NCBI GenBank assembly: GCA_004213605.1
Contig: SGZC01000001.1
Location: forward strand, 1 to 39,862
From: Flavobacteriales bacterium
GTDB lineage: Bacteria; Bacteroidota; Bacteroidia; Flavobacteriales; Flavobacteriaceae
Direction: 5' to 3'
Length of the DNA stretch: 39,862 nucleotides
Below, piece after piece: positions 25,682 to 36,705 of this stretch. How positions within the stretch are numbered: the first letter of the stretch is position 1; every line of letters starts with the position of its first letter. A program made the position numbers and the translations under genes. Under the pieces are notes generated by a model that saw only the letters and a list, made by a program, of their open reading frames with translations, was not told the origin of the DNA and did not search any database.

Positions 25682-27727
25682 TTATTGGGGATATTCCACT
25701 CTTAAATGGTACATGTTATTGAGTTTATTTTTTAACACCTTTTTTATTTTTTGAATTTCCTTGAGCGTGATGTTGGCATTTAAAAACTGTCCTTGATTTA
25801 ACTGATTGTCAATAATGTTTTCTACGAAAGAATCTAATTTAGAAGAGGTAGGTTCTTTTAAACTTTTACTTGCTGCTTCTACACTATCTGCCATCATTAA
25901 AATAGCAGTTTCTTTTGAAAAAGGAGTGGGTCCAGGATATGAAAAATCTACTTTGTTTACCGCTCCTATTTTTTCCGATTCTTTATTATAAAAATAATAC
26001 ACCAAACTTGTACCATGATGTGTTCTTATAAAATCAATTATTCGATCTGGTAATTTATTTTTTTTTGCAATTTCAATGCCCTTAATCACATGATCAATTA
26101 TAATCCCAGCACTTTCCTTCGGGTCCAATTCGTCATGTGAATTGATTGATGAAATCTGATTTTCTGTAAAATAAGTTGGGTTTGTCATTTTACCGATATC
26201 ATGATACAGCGCCCCTACTCTAGTTAACATGGTATTGGCCCCAATTTCATTGGCTGCTGCCTCTGCTAAGTTAGCTACGTTTAAAGAGTGATGAAAAGTT
26301 CCAGGGGCTTTGTTTGATAATTCCTTTAGTAATGTTGAATTGGTGTCACTTAATTCTAATAACGAAACATCCGACACCAAACCAAATATTTTTTCATAGA
26401 TATAAATTAAAGGAAATGAAAATAAGGTTAACAGACCACAAAGTATAAAATATAGAAAATAATCCCATTGTATCATTTCTACATTTCCTTCTTGAATGAT
26501 AAAAAAAGCAAAATAACCTAAAATATATACAAAGGTAATTTGACCAACCGATATAAATAAATTAGCCCTTTTATACAATTCGGAAACAGTTAGTATAGTC
26601 ACCATCCCGGCTATGGTCTGTAAAAAAAGAAACTCAAAACTGTTGGGAACCGTAAACCCTAGTAATAAAATGGTTAGTACATGAACAAACAGCCCTAATC
26701 TTGCATCAAAAAATGCTTTCAGCACCAAAGGCAAAATACAAAGCGGTGTTATATAAACTAATTTTGCATCATATTGAACTACAAGCGCGGTAATGAATAC
26801 CATGAAAACTACATTAAATAATATAAATGTCATTTTATTGTTATCTGAAAAAATTTCTTTTCGATAATTTTTCATAAATAAAAACAACATTAAAAACACC
26901 AGTGAAATCAGTAAGGAGTACCCAAGTAATAACCAATTATAATTAGATTTACTCCAAACTTGTGATTGAAAAACTGCTTTATAAGAGTTTAATATTTGAA
27001 ACTTGTCGCCTTCCACTACTTCTCCTTTTGCGATGATCCTACTTCCCTTGTCAATAACTCCACGGTTAGGATTAATTTTTTCAATTCTTGCTAAAATAAC
27101 AGAGGTTGTTAAATCGCTATCTAAGGTAACGTTTGACGTTAAAACGTTTAAAAGAAGATCTATTAAAAAAGAAGTAGTTTTTGTTTCATATTCATTAAAC
27201 ATTGAAATAATGATGGTTTCTATATCTCCATCATAAATTAGTTGATTGTACCCTATTTCTTGTAACTCGTTTCCATTTTTTAAATAAATGATTTTATCTG
27301 GTAAAAAAGAATGCTTTTTATTTGTGATTCCATAAGTATATAACTCGTCAATAATACGGGCTCCTATTAATTTACCGTTGATATCCTTTGTGCCCATAAT
27401 GGAATCGTTTTTATTCAGATACGACAGAAATAATGTTTTGGAAGCAGTGACTTTTGAAGTATCAACTTCAAAATAGGGAATGTTATTTTCGTAAATTAGT
27501 TTTTTTTCCTCTTCAATTGCAGCTTCACTCTTTTTTATGGTAAACGAAAAAGGTGCATATAGGTTTTCATATTGCCAAGGTTTTCCTTTCTGAAAGTTAT
27601 ACTTAAATTGCCCTCCTTTTGGGAGGAGATACATAATTAAACCTGTAGACAATATAAATAAGAGTATCTTATATATAAAAGATTGATTATTTGTAAAAGA
27701 AGTAAAATAGTTTTTCATCAATATCAA
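25682..27727 (-). CDS. 7TM-HD (HDIG) phosphohydrolase, PgpH-like
   Basis: N-terminal TM, extracytoplasmic domain, about 7 TMs, then APGTFHHS, YHDIGK, HHGT, ADSVEAA. Confidence 0.9.
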   Translation of the reverse strand: MILMKNYFTSFTNNQSFIYKILLFILSTGLIMYLLPKGGQFKYNFQKGKPWQYENLYAPFSFTIKKSEAAIEEEKKLIYENNIPYFEVDTSKVTASKTLFLSYLNKNDSIMGTKDINGKLIGARIIDELYTYGITNKKHSFLPDKIIYLKNGNELQEIGYNQLIYDGDIETIIISMFNEYETKTTSFLIDLLLNVLTSNVTLDSDLTTSVILARIEKINPNRGVIDKGSRIIAKGEVVEGDKFQILNSYKAVFQSQVWSKSNYNWLLLGYSLLISLVFLMLFLFMKNYRKEIFSDNNKMTFILFNVVFMVFITALVVQYDAKLVYITPLCILPLVLKAFFDARLGLFVHVLTILLLGFTVPNSFEFLFLQTIAGMVTILTVSELYKRANLFISVGQITFVYILGYFAFFIIQEGNVEMIQWDYFLYFILCGLLTLFSFPLIYIYEKIFGLVSDVSLLELSDTNSTLLKELSNKAPGTFHHSLNVANLAEAAANEIGANTMLTRVGALYHDIGKMTNPTYFTENQISSINSHDELDPKESAGIIIDHVIKGIEIAKKNKLPDRIIDFIRTHHGTSLVYYFYNKESEKIGAVNKVDFSYPGPTPFSKETAILMMADSVEAASKSLKEPTSSKLDSFVENIIDNQLNQGQFLNANITLKEIQKIKKVLKNKLNNMYHLRVEYPQ

Positions 27728-27807
27728 TTTGCTGATAAAGGTATAAATATCGTTTGTTTATTTGCAATTACATAATTATCAAGAAAGATTTTTTAATATT
27801 AAATGCT

Positions 27808-27815
27808 TAAATTTG
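27808..27815 (+). promoter_or_regulatory. -7 promoter box for the thiolase gene
   Basis: TAAATTTG 35 nt before the ATG. Confidence 0.55.
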
Positions 27816-27850
27816 CATCCAATCAAATATTGTTAAAAATCATTCTTTAA

Positions 27851-29029
27851 ATGAATAAAAAAGTTGTTATAGTAAGTGCAATACGTACTCCTATCGGTAG
27901 TTTTATGGGGAGTCTATCTTCTTTGTCAGCCACAAAATTAGGCTCGATGGCCATAAAAGGGGCTATGGACAAAATTAATTTGGACCCAACCAAGGTCGAT
28001 GAAGTCTATATGGGAAATGTTGTTCAAGCTGGTGTTGGTCAAGCTCCTGCAAGACAAGCTGCCATCGCTGCTGGTATTTCTGATACGGTTCCCTGTACAA
28101 CGGTCAATAAAGTTTGTGCATCTGGTATGAAAGCGGTCATAAATGCTGCTCAGGCAATTACCTTAGGAGACGCACATATTGTCATCGCTGGAGGTATGGA
28201 AAGTATGAGCAACATCCCCCATTACCTTCATTTAAGAAATGCTCATAAATTTGGTCCCAAAGAAATGGAAGATGGGATACAAAAAGATGGGTTGGTAGAT
28301 GCTTTTGATCAGGATGCGATGGGAGTTTTAGCAGACTTCTGTGCTTTAGAACATCAAATAACTCGTGAAGAACAAGACGACTTTGCGATGAAATCTTACC
28401 TAAGATCAAAAAAAGCTTGGGAAGAAGGAAAATTTAAGGAAGAAGTCATACCTATTGAAATACCTCAACGAAAAGGAACGCCTTTATTGTTCGACGAAGA
28501 TGAAGAATATAAAAATGTCCGTATGGATAAAATTCCAAATCTACGTGCTGTTTTTACTAAGGAAGGTACCGTAACAGCAGCCAATGCATCTACAATAAAT
28601 GACGGTGCGGGTGCTATGATTTTGATGAGTGAGGAAAAAGCCTTAGAAATGGGCTTAACTCCCCTAGCAACTATAAAAAGCTATGCCGACGCAGCACAAG
28701 AACCAAAATGGTTTACAACGTCACCATCAAAAGCACTACCCATAGCCCTAAAAAAAGCAAATTTGAAAATTGATGATATCGATTATTTTGAATTAAATGA
28801 AGCTTTTTCTGTTGTGGGTCTGGTAAATATGAAATTGTTAGGTCTAGACGATTCGAATGTTAATGTAAATGGTGGTGCTGTTTCATTAGGACATCCTTTA
28901 GGCTGTAGTGGGGTCAGAATATTAATAACTTTAATTAATGTTTTAAAACAGAACAATTCAAAGTTTGGAGCAGCTGCTATATGTAATGGTGGCGGTGGAG
29001 CCTCAGCAATGATATTAGAAAGAAATTAA
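27851..29029 (+). CDS. Acetyl-CoA C-acyltransferase (thiolase)
   Basis: NKVCASG, NEAF, GHPLGCSG, ICNGGGG. Confidence 0.95.
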   Translation: MNKKVVIVSAIRTPIGSFMGSLSSLSATKLGSMAIKGAMDKINLDPTKVDEVYMGNVVQAGVGQAPARQAAIAAGISDTVPCTTVNKVCASGMKAVINAAQAITLGDAHIVIAGGMESMSNIPHYLHLRNAHKFGPKEMEDGIQKDGLVDAFDQDAMGVLADFCALEHQITREEQDDFAMKSYLRSKKAWEEGKFKEEVIPIEIPQRKGTPLLFDEDEEYKNVRMDKIPNLRAVFTKEGTVTAANASTINDGAGAMILMSEEKALEMGLTPLATIKSYADAAQEPKWFTTSPSKALPIALKKANLKIDDIDYFELNEAFSVVGLVNMKLLGLDDSNVNVNGGAVSLGHPLGCSGVRILITLINVLKQNNSKFGAAAICNGGGGASAMILERN

Positions 29030-29048
29030 TTTAAATTTCATTTTTTAA

Positions 29049-29798
29049 ATGAATTACGGAGTATGTAACTTAAGTATTGTTCCACTTCGATTAGAAGATT
29101 CTGATCGAAGTGAATTAGTTTCTCAAGTACTGTATGGTGATTTGTTTGAAGTTCTTGAAATCTCTAAAAAGTGGTGTAAAATTCGTTTGTCTGATGATAA
29201 ATATGAGGGTTGGATCGATGCTAAACAATACAAAAGCATCTCCATTATTGAGTTTGAGAAATTAATTCAACTTCCGCCAATACGTTCGACCCATTTATTA
29301 GATGTTGTAACTACAACTACAAGTTCACTTCTACCGATTAGCCTTGGTAGTAATGTAGCTATTTCAGAATTTTTAAATCATACTTTTGAAGGAGAAACAA
29401 ATCAAAAAAAATTAAATAAAACAAGCCTTATAGAGTTCGCACAGATGTATTTAAACAGTCCCTATCTTTGGGGAGGTAAAACACCCTTTGGTATTGATTG
29501 TAGTGGTTTTACACAAATGGTTTATAAATTGTGTGGGTATTCGTTACTACGAGATGCTAGTCAACAAGTCACACAGGGGGAAGTCTTAAGTTTTATAGCA
29601 GAAAGCGAAGCTGGAGATCTAGCTTTTTTTGATAATGAAGAAGGAGAAATTATCCATGTCGGTATTTTATTAGATCACCACCATATTATCCATGCGCATG
29701 GTAAAGTACGAATTGATCGAATGGACCAGTCTGGAATATTTAATGTTGAAAATCAAAAACACACCCATAAGCTTAGAGTCATTAAACGAATGGTATAA
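29049..29798 (+). CDS. SH3 + NlpC/P60 (C40) peptidase, YkfC-like
   Basis: SH3-like SELVSQ.LYG...YEGW; PYLWGG...GIDCSG; HVGI; IIHA. No signal peptide. Confidence 0.9.
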   Translation: MNYGVCNLSIVPLRLEDSDRSELVSQVLYGDLFEVLEISKKWCKIRLSDDKYEGWIDAKQYKSISIIEFEKLIQLPPIRSTHLLDVVTTTTSSLLPISLGSNVAISEFLNHTFEGETNQKKLNKTSLIEFAQMYLNSPYLWGGKTPFGIDCSGFTQMVYKLCGYSLLRDASQQVTQGEVLSFIAESEAGDLAFFDNEEGEIIHVGILLDHHHIIHAHGKVRIDRMDQSGIFNVENQKHTHKLRVIKRMV

Positions 29799-29829
29799 AA
29801 AAAGCTTCTATTTAATAGAAGCTTTTTTT
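29797..29829. terminator. Bidirectional intrinsic terminator between convergent genes
   Basis: AAAAAAAGCTTCTATT-T-AATAGAAGCTTTTTTT. Confidence 0.85.
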
Positions 29830-29846
29830 ATATAGAAATAACAATT

Positions 29847-31103
29847 TTAGTTTTGTTCTAAGATAGTTTTCATTTCTTTTTCTTTTGCATCCATACCCAA
29901 TAGACCATAAATTCCTTTTAAGGTTTTTATAATATCCATGGATTCGGGGCGTAATTTTGAAGCAGATTCTAAATAAGGCAATGCTTCTTGATATATTTTA
30001 TTTTTTTCTTCTTTTAAAACATCATATCGATCGTAATCAGCGTTGGATGTTCCAAGACTATTCATTTCTTCAATAATTACTCTTTCACCATCTAATATTA
30101 ATTGCGCTTTATTAATGAGCGCTTCAGCGTAGTTAGGGTTTATTTCTATGGCTTTAGAGTAATATTCTATAGCTTCGTCTTTTTCACCATTATTAGCACT
30201 TGCAACTCCTAAATTATAATATAAATCAGAATTGTTTGGATCGCTTTCGATCAACTCACTAATAATTCTTTTATAATTCGTCATATCACCGCTTGTGTAA
30301 TACAATTCAGCTTCAGCGTACATCAAATTTTTATCATTGGGTGATTCCGCTCTGGCCTTTTGCATTAATTCAGTAGCTTTTTCTTTTTCACCCTGATTTA
30401 GATAAATTAAAGTCATATTTTTTAAAATAGTCCCTTTTTTGGATTTTGAAAATTTACTTCTAGGAATTACGTATTCTCCCCTTTTCACTAACAAATCTCT
30501 CTCTACTTTTGAAGAAAATTTAGTTTCTTCTTTGGTTCCCTTTTTAGTTGCATAAAACTCTTCAGTGATACCTGTATAACCAACATCCATGAGCTCCTCA
30601 TAACGTTTTATCGCTAAATCGTAGTCTTTTCCATCGGTAGCTAAAGAGGCAGCATAATATAGAAATATAGTGTCATTTTTTCTGAGGGTATAACCTCGAT
30701 AGATTTTTTTAGAGCCTTCGATGTACTTCTGATTTTTTTGATCTAATTGAGCACTATTAATTAATGCAATTCCAACCTCTTCCAATCCTTGTGTTGCTTC
30801 CGTTGCATATTTACTATTCTTGTTTATGGAAAGAACATTTTCAAAGGAACTAGCTGCCATATTTAATTTTTCATAATCATTTCCTGCAGTTCCTAAATAA
30901 GCTTGCCCAACTATTAATTGGTATTGTTCTTTTGCAGAAGACTCGGCATTGTCAACCAAACTCTCGATGGAAGCTAATGTGGTAATTGCCTCCGAAAAAT
31001 TGCCAGACTTAATTGATTTTTGAGCAGTTTTGATTTCTTTTTTCTGACCAAATGTAATCGCAGAAACTAGTAATAAACCTATTACTAAAAGTTGTTTTTT
31101 CAT
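29847..31103 (-). CDS. Exported tetratricopeptide-repeat protein
   Basis: Signal peptide (TFG-QK); YYNLGV...EAIEYYSKAIEINPNYAEA. Confidence 0.85.
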   Translation of the reverse strand: MKKQLLVIGLLLVSAITFGQKKEIKTAQKSIKSGNFSEAITTLASIESLVDNAESSAKEQYQLIVGQAYLGTAGNDYEKLNMAASSFENVLSINKNSKYATEATQGLEEVGIALINSAQLDQKNQKYIEGSKKIYRGYTLRKNDTIFLYYAASLATDGKDYDLAIKRYEELMDVGYTGITEEFYATKKGTKEETKFSSKVERDLLVKRGEYVIPRSKFSKSKKGTILKNMTLIYLNQGEKEKATELMQKARAESPNDKNLMYAEAELYYTSGDMTNYKRIISELIESDPNNSDLYYNLGVASANNGEKDEAIEYYSKAIEINPNYAEALINKAQLILDGERVIIEEMNSLGTSNADYDRYDVLKEEKNKIYQEALPYLESASKLRPESMDIIKTLKGIYGLLGMDAKEKEMKTILEQN

Positions 31104-31129
31104 TGTTATTTTGATTTATTTATATTTTT

Positions 31130-33664
31130 TTATTCTTCTTCATTAATTGTGCCAGAATCGTTGGTTTCATTAGAATTATTTTCAGGGATAATTACATTAC
31201 CCTCTTCGTCAAGTTCTAACTCCTCGTCATCAGACATAACTTTTGCAACAGCAGCAATGGCATCTCCGTCTCTAACCTTAATTAGACGTACTCCTTGAGT
31301 GGCCCTACCCATCACTCTTAAATGATCAATTTCCAATCGAATTGCAATTCCGGATTTGTTAATAATCATTAAATCATCACTATCAGTTACATTTTTGATG
31401 GCTACAAGGTTTCCAGTTTTTTCAGTAATACTGATGGTCTTTACACCTTTACCGCCACGATTCGTAATTCTGTAATCTTCTAAACTTGATCGCTTTCCGT
31501 AACCATTTTCTGAAACTACCAATACATCAGATTCCGATTCGTTGATAGTAATCATACCTATAACTTCATCGGTATCATTGTTTAAACGAATACCTCGAAC
31601 ACCAGAGGCATTTCTTCCCATTGATCTTGTTTTTTCTTCTTCAAAGCGAATCGCTTTACCAGATTTAACTGCTAACATCACTTGGCTATCTCCGGTTGTT
31701 AACCTCGCTTCTAGTAACTCGTCGCCTTCTTTGATCGTAATGGCATTAATACCATTTGTTCTAGGTCGTGAGTATTGCTCTAGAGAGGTCTTTTTAACTT
31801 GACCGTTTTTGGTTGCCATGATTACATAATGGTTGTTTATGTAATCTTCATCTTTTAAATCTTGGGTACAGATAAAGGCTTTAACCTTATCATCTTGCCC
31901 AATATTGATTAGATTTTGTATAGCCCTACCTTTTGAGGTTCTGGTTCCTTCAGGAATTTCGAAAACACGCATCCAGAAACATTTTCCAGTTTGTGTAAAA
32001 AACAACATATACTGATGGTTGGTACCAACAAACAAATGTTCTAAAAAGTCTTCATTTCGAGTGGATGAAGCTTTTGCTCCTACTCCACCTCGATGCTGTT
32101 TTTTATACTCCGTTAAAGAAGTTCGTTTAATATAACCAGCATGAGAAATAGTAATCACAACTTTTTCATCGGGGATTAAATCAGTAATGCTTACATCACC
32201 TCCAGCATATTCGATAACAGATCGACGTTCATCGCCATATTTTGTTCTAATTTCTTCGAGCTCATTTTTTATAATAGACATTCTTAACTCTTTGCTAGCC
32301 AATATATCTTTATAACCTTGAATGGTTTTCATTAACTCTTCATACTCACTACGTAATTTATCCTGTTCTAGACCTGTTAATTGTCGGAGCCTCATTTCGA
32401 CGATAGCCTTTGCTTGAATCTCAGAAAGTTTAAAAGCTTCAATAAGTCGCTCTCTTGCTTGATCAGCATTTTTTGAAGAACGTATCAATCGTATCACTTC
32501 GTCAATATTATCAGAGGCAATAATTAAACCCTCTAAAATATGAGCACGTTCTTCTGCTTTTTTTAATAGGTATGTAGTTCGCCTAACAACCACTTCGTGA
32601 CGATGTTCAACAAAATAATGAATTAATTCCTTTAGGTTAAGTAAACGAGGACGACCGTTAACCAAACAAATGTTGTTAACACTAAAGCTAGATTGCAATG
32701 CAGTGTATTTGTACAACATGTTTAGTACTATGTTAGGAATGGCGTCTCTTTTTAAAATATAAACGATACGCATTCCCTTTCGATCCGATTCGTCTCGTAT
32801 ATTCGATATACCTTCAATTTTCTTTTCATTAACTAGATCAGCAGTCTTTTTTATCATGTCTGCTTTATTGACTTGATAAGGGATTTCAGAAACAATAATA
32901 CATTCTCTACCGTTAACTTCTTCAAACGAAGCTTTTGCTCGCATAACTATTTTTCCTCTTCCAGTATGAAAAGCATCTTTAACGCCTTCGTATCCGTATA
33001 TCACACCACCCGTAGGAAAATCTGGTGCCTTTACATGCTGCATTAATTCATCAATATCGACATCATTGTTATCGATGTAAGCCATCGTACCATCGATAAC
33101 TTCTGTTAAATTATGAGGTGGCATGTTGGTAGCCATCCCTACCGCTATTCCAGAGGCACCATTTATAAGTAAACCAGGAATACGTGTTGGTAATACAGTA
33201 GGTTCTTTTAGCGTATCATCAAAATTTAATTGATGATCTACCGTATCTTTATCAATATCGGCAAGCATATCTTCAGATATCTTTTGCATTCTAGCCTCTG
33301 TATATCGCATTGCAGCTGGGCTATCACCATCAATAGAACCAAAGTTCCCTTGTCCATCAACTAGCATGTAGCGCAAACTCCATTCTTGAGCCATACGAAC
33401 CATAGCGTCATAAACCGAAGTGTCTCCATGGGGATGATACTTTCCTAAAACTTCACCAACAATTCTAGCAGATTTTTTGTGAGCGCCTGTTGCTCTTATA
33501 CCTAATTCGTGCATGCCAAATAAAACTCGTCTGTGAACAGGTTTCATACCATCTCTAACGTCTGGTAAAGCACGTGATACAATTACTGACATTGAATAAT
33601 CAATGTAAGCCGATTTCATTTCATCCTCAATATTGATCGGGATCAATTTTTCGCCTTCTGCCAT
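31130..33664 (-). CDS. gyrA: DNA gyrase subunit A
   Basis: [21 protein letters not shown], GyrA-box-like QHRGGVG, C-terminal pinwheel repeats, acidic tail. Confidence 0.97.
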   Translation of the reverse strand: MAEGEKLIPINIEDEMKSAYIDYSMSVIVSRALPDVRDGMKPVHRRVLFGMHELGIRATGAHKKSARIVGEVLGKYHPHGDTSVYDAMVRMAQEWSLRYMLVDGQGNFGSIDGDSPAAMRYTEARMQKISEDMLADIDKDTVDHQLNFDDTLKEPTVLPTRIPGLLINGASGIAVGMATNMPPHNLTEVIDGTMAYIDNNDVDIDELMQHVKAPDFPTGGVIYGYEGVKDAFHTGRGKIVMRAKASFEEVNGRECIIVSEIPYQVNKADMIKKTADLVNEKKIEGISNIRDESDRKGMRIVYILKRDAIPNIVLNMLYKYTALQSSFSVNNICLVNGRPRLLNLKELIHYFVEHRHEVVVRRTTYLLKKAEERAHILEGLIIASDNIDEVIRLIRSSKNADQARERLIEAFKLSEIQAKAIVEMRLRQLTGLEQDKLRSEYEELMKTIQGYKDILASKELRMSIIKNELEEIRTKYGDERRSVIEYAGGDVSITDLIPDEKVVITISHAGYIKRTSLTEYKKQHRGGVGAKASSTRNEDFLEHLFVGTNHQYMLFFTQTGKCFWMRVFEIPEGTRTSKGRAIQNLINIGQDDKVKAFICTQDLKDEDYINNHYVIMATKNGQVKKTSLEQYSRPRTNGINAITIKEGDELLEARLTTGDSQVMLAVKSGKAIRFEEEKTRSMGRNASGVRGIRLNNDTDEVIGMITINESESDVLVVSENGYGKRSSLEDYRITNRGGKGVKTISITEKTGNLVAIKNVTDSDDLMIINKSGIAIRLEIDHLRVMGRATQGVRLIKVRDGDAIAAVAKVMSDDEELELDEEGNVIIPENNSNETNDSGTINEEE

Positions 33665-33900
33665 ATATTTTGTTTTAATTTTTTTAGTAATAATTAGTAT
33701 AAAGCAAGATACATTAATTGCTAATTTTTAAACAAAAAAACAAGTCAAAAAATAAGTATTTTATTAACAAATAAAGAGGTGTAAAACGTTAATAACTATC
33801 TAGGTTATTATTTTGAAATTTGTAAGATTTATAATGCAAAACAGGATTGTTTTTTTTACTTTTAAATTGATAAATTTTTGACGTATTGGCATAAATTAAT

Positions 33901-33917
33901 TTGGTACACTTATTGCA
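33901..33917 (+). promoter_or_regulatory. Putative sigma54 (-24/-12) promoter upstream of clpC
   Basis: TTGGTACACTTATTGCA has exact GG-N10-GC spacing. Confidence 0.55.
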
Positions 33918-33998
33918 ATTTTTTATACCTAAAAATTTTGGTTTTAATAATTATTAATAAAAAATAGTTAAAGAGAATAAGTGGTAATAAACAATCAT

Positions 33999-34006
33999 TA
34001 TCTTTG
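33999..34006 (+). promoter_or_regulatory. -7 promoter box upstream of clpC
   Basis: TATCTTTG. Confidence 0.5.
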
Positions 34007-34101
34007 TATTTACTGCTATTAAAAATTAAATAAGATTAAAAAATACTTGAATAGACTTGGCATACCAAAATGATAAAGTATTTAAATGAGATATAACGAT
34101 T

Positions 34102-36651
34102 ATGGATGATAACTTTTCACCAAGAGTAAAAGATGTTATTGCTTTCAGTAAAGAGGAAGCTTTACGATTAGGACACGAATTTATAGGTACTGAACATTTA
34201 ATGTTAGGTTTGCTTCGCGATGGTAATGGTAAAGCAGTTTCGATTTTAAATACATTGGATGTTGATTTAAATTACCTGCGTAGAAAAGTGGAGATATTAA
34301 GTCCCGCTAATCCTCATACTGAATCCAATATCAATGATAAAAAAAATCTTCATTTAACAAGACAGGCTGAAAGAGCACTAAAAACAACTTTTTTAGAAGC
34401 AAAGCTTTTTCAAAGCGCATCCATCAACACAGCTCACTTATTACTTTGTATTCTAAGAAATGAAAATGACCCTACGACTAAACTTTTAAACAAAATGAAA
34501 ATTGACTACGATGGCGTTAAAGATTTATTTAAATCTTTAATTTCGAGTGATGAAGATTTTCGTGATTCCCCAAGCTCAGAAGCTTTTCCCAATGAAGACT
34601 TACCCGCTGACAAATCGGATAAAGAAAATCTATTTACCGGAAGTGCTACGAAGACCAATAAAAAATCAAAAACACCTGTTTTAGACAATTTTGGGCGTGA
34701 CCTAACCCATTTAGCCATTGAGGGAAAGTTAGATCCTGTAGTGGGCAGAGAAGGAGAAATTCAACGTGTTTCACAGATATTAAGTAGACGAAAAAAGAAC
34801 AATCCATTATTAATCGGTGAACCAGGAGTTGGTAAATCTGCTATTGTCGAAGGTTTAGCTTTACGAATAGTTCAAAGAAAGGTTTCAAGAATTCTTTTTG
34901 ATAAAAGAGTCGTTACGCTTGATTTAGCAAGTCTTGTAGCTGGCACAAAATATCGTGGACAATTTGAGGAGCGAATGAAAGCAGTGATGAATGAAATTGA
35001 AAAAAATGATGACATCATTTTATTTATTGACGAAATTCATACTATTGTTGGAGCTGGTGGAGCAACAGGTTCTTTAGATGCCTCCAACATGTTTAAACCT
35101 GCATTAGCAAGAGGTGAATTACAATGTATTGGAGCAACAACACTAGACGAATACAGACAATATATCGAAAAGGACGGTGCTTTAGAGCGAAGATTCCAGA
35201 AGGTAATAGTGGAGCCTACTAGCGTTGAAGAATCAATTGAGATTCTACAAAACATAAAAGATAAGTACGAAATACATCATCATGTAACTTATACGGATGA
35301 AGCGATTCTTGCTTGTGTAAAATTAACCAATCGTTACATGACAGAACGTTTTTTACCTGACAAAGCCATTGATGCGCTTGATGAAGCAGGATCTAGAGTA
35401 CACATAACAAACATTCATGTTCCTGAAAAGATTTTAGAAATTGAAAGAAAACTAGAAGAAGTTCGTGACTTGAAAAATTCTGTTGTAAAAAAGCAGAAAT
35501 ATGAAGAAGCTGCTAAACTTAGAGATGACGAAAAGAATTTAGAAAAAGAACTCTCTATTCAACAAGATGCCTGGGAAAAAGAATCACAATTACACCGAGA
35601 AGTGGTTTCTGAATCAAATGTAGCAGAAGTTATTTCTATGATGACTGGAGTACCTGTAAATAGAATTGCACAAACCGAAAGCACTAAACTTGCGGCTTTA
35701 CCGGAACGAATAAAAGGAAAGGTTATTGGTCAAGATAACGCTGTTCAGAAAATTACAAAAGCCATACAACGAAATAGAGCAGGTTTAAAGGATCCCAACA
35801 AACCCATCGGTTCCTTTATATTTTTAGGACAAACTGGAGTCGGAAAAACACAATTAGCAAAAGTGTTGGCTCAAGAACTTTTTGATTCTGACAATGCTTT
35901 GATTCGAATTGATATGAGTGAGTATATGGAAAAATTTGCCATATCGAGATTGGTAGGTGCTCCTCCTGGATACGTTGGTTATGAAGAAGGTGGTCAACTC
36001 ACTGAAAAAATAAGAAGAAAACCCTATTCTATTGTGTTACTTGATGAAATTGAAAAAGCACATCCCGACGTATTTAACATGATGCTTCAAGTTCTAGATG
36101 ATGGATTTTTAACCGATAGTTTAGGTCGTAAAATTGATTTTAGAAACACGATTATTATCATGACTTCAAATATTGGTTCTCGACAATTAAAAGATTTTGG
36201 TCAAGGTGTTGGTTTTGGAACTTCAGCTAAAGCAAATCAGGCAGATACCTATGCAAAAGGTGTCATTGAAAATGCTTTGAAAAAAACATTTGCTCCAGAA
36301 TTTCTAAATCGAATTGACGATGTGGTTGTATTCAACGCCTTAAGTAGAGAAGATATTCATAAAATTATTGATATTGAATTAATTAAGTTGTATGCGAGGA
36401 TTGACGGATTGGGTTATCAATTAAAACTTTCTAAAAATGCTAAAGACTTTATTGCTGACAAAGGATTTGATAAACAATATGGTGCGAGACCTCTAAAAAG
36501 AGCAATTCAAAAGTATATTGAAGATGCCCTTGCAGAGGAAATCATTAACACAAAGTTAAAAGAGGGTGACAGTATCAAAATGGATTTGAATAAAAAAACC
36601 AACGAGATTGTAATAAAAATAACAGAAAAAAAGAAAAAAACTGATTCTTAA
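34102..36651 (+). CDS. clpC: ATP-dependent Clp protease ATP-binding subunit (ClpC type)
   Basis: Clp-N repeats, Walker A GEPGVGKS and [11 protein letters not shown]-like [13 protein letters not shown] pore loop, VGF ClpP-binding loop. Confidence 0.93.
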   Translation: MDDNFSPRVKDVIAFSKEEALRLGHEFIGTEHLMLGLLRDGNGKAVSILNTLDVDLNYLRRKVEILSPANPHTESNINDKKNLHLTRQAERALKTTFLEAKLFQSASINTAHLLLCILRNENDPTTKLLNKMKIDYDGVKDLFKSLISSDEDFRDSPSSEAFPNEDLPADKSDKENLFTGSATKTNKKSKTPVLDNFGRDLTHLAIEGKLDPVVGREGEIQRVSQILSRRKKNNPLLIGEPGVGKSAIVEGLALRIVQRKVSRILFDKRVVTLDLASLVAGTKYRGQFEERMKAVMNEIEKNDDIILFIDEIHTIVGAGGATGSLDASNMFKPALARGELQCIGATTLDEYRQYIEKDGALERRFQKVIVEPTSVEESIEILQNIKDKYEIHHHVTYTDEAILACVKLTNRYMTERFLPDKAIDALDEAGSRVHITNIHVPEKILEIERKLEEVRDLKNSVVKKQKYEEAAKLRDDEKNLEKELSIQQDAWEKESQLHREVVSESNVAEVISMMTGVPVNRIAQTESTKLAALPERIKGKVIGQDNAVQKITKAIQRNRAGLKDPNKPIGSFIFLGQTGVGKTQLAKVLAQELFDSDNALIRIDMSEYMEKFAISRLVGAPPGYVGYEEGGQLTEKIRRKPYSIVLLDEIEKAHPDVFNMMLQVLDDGFLTDSLGRKIDFRNTIIIMTSNIGSRQLKDFGQGVGFGTSAKANQADTYAKGVIENALKKTFAPEFLNRIDDVVVFNALSREDIHKIIDIELIKLYARIDGLGYQLKLSKNAKDFIADKGFDKQYGARPLKRAIQKYIEDALAEEIINTKLKEGDSIKMDLNKKTNEIVIKITEKKKKTDS

Positions 36652-36705
36652 TACCTTTAAATTGGGTAGTGCTTATATTTCTTAAAAACGTAAAAGAGGA
36701 TGATA

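Noticed and set aside
33400-33445. Thr at the GyrA Ser83-equivalent position (HGDTSVYD) as a quinolone-resistance mutation
   Set aside because: Thr is the usual wild-type residue in flavobacteria, so it is not evidence of acquired resistance.
18320-35255. Short alternative-frame ORFs within the AI-2E, DUF4421-like, 7TM-HD, thiolase, gyrA and clpC genes
   Set aside because: They are shadows of long conserved coding sequences.
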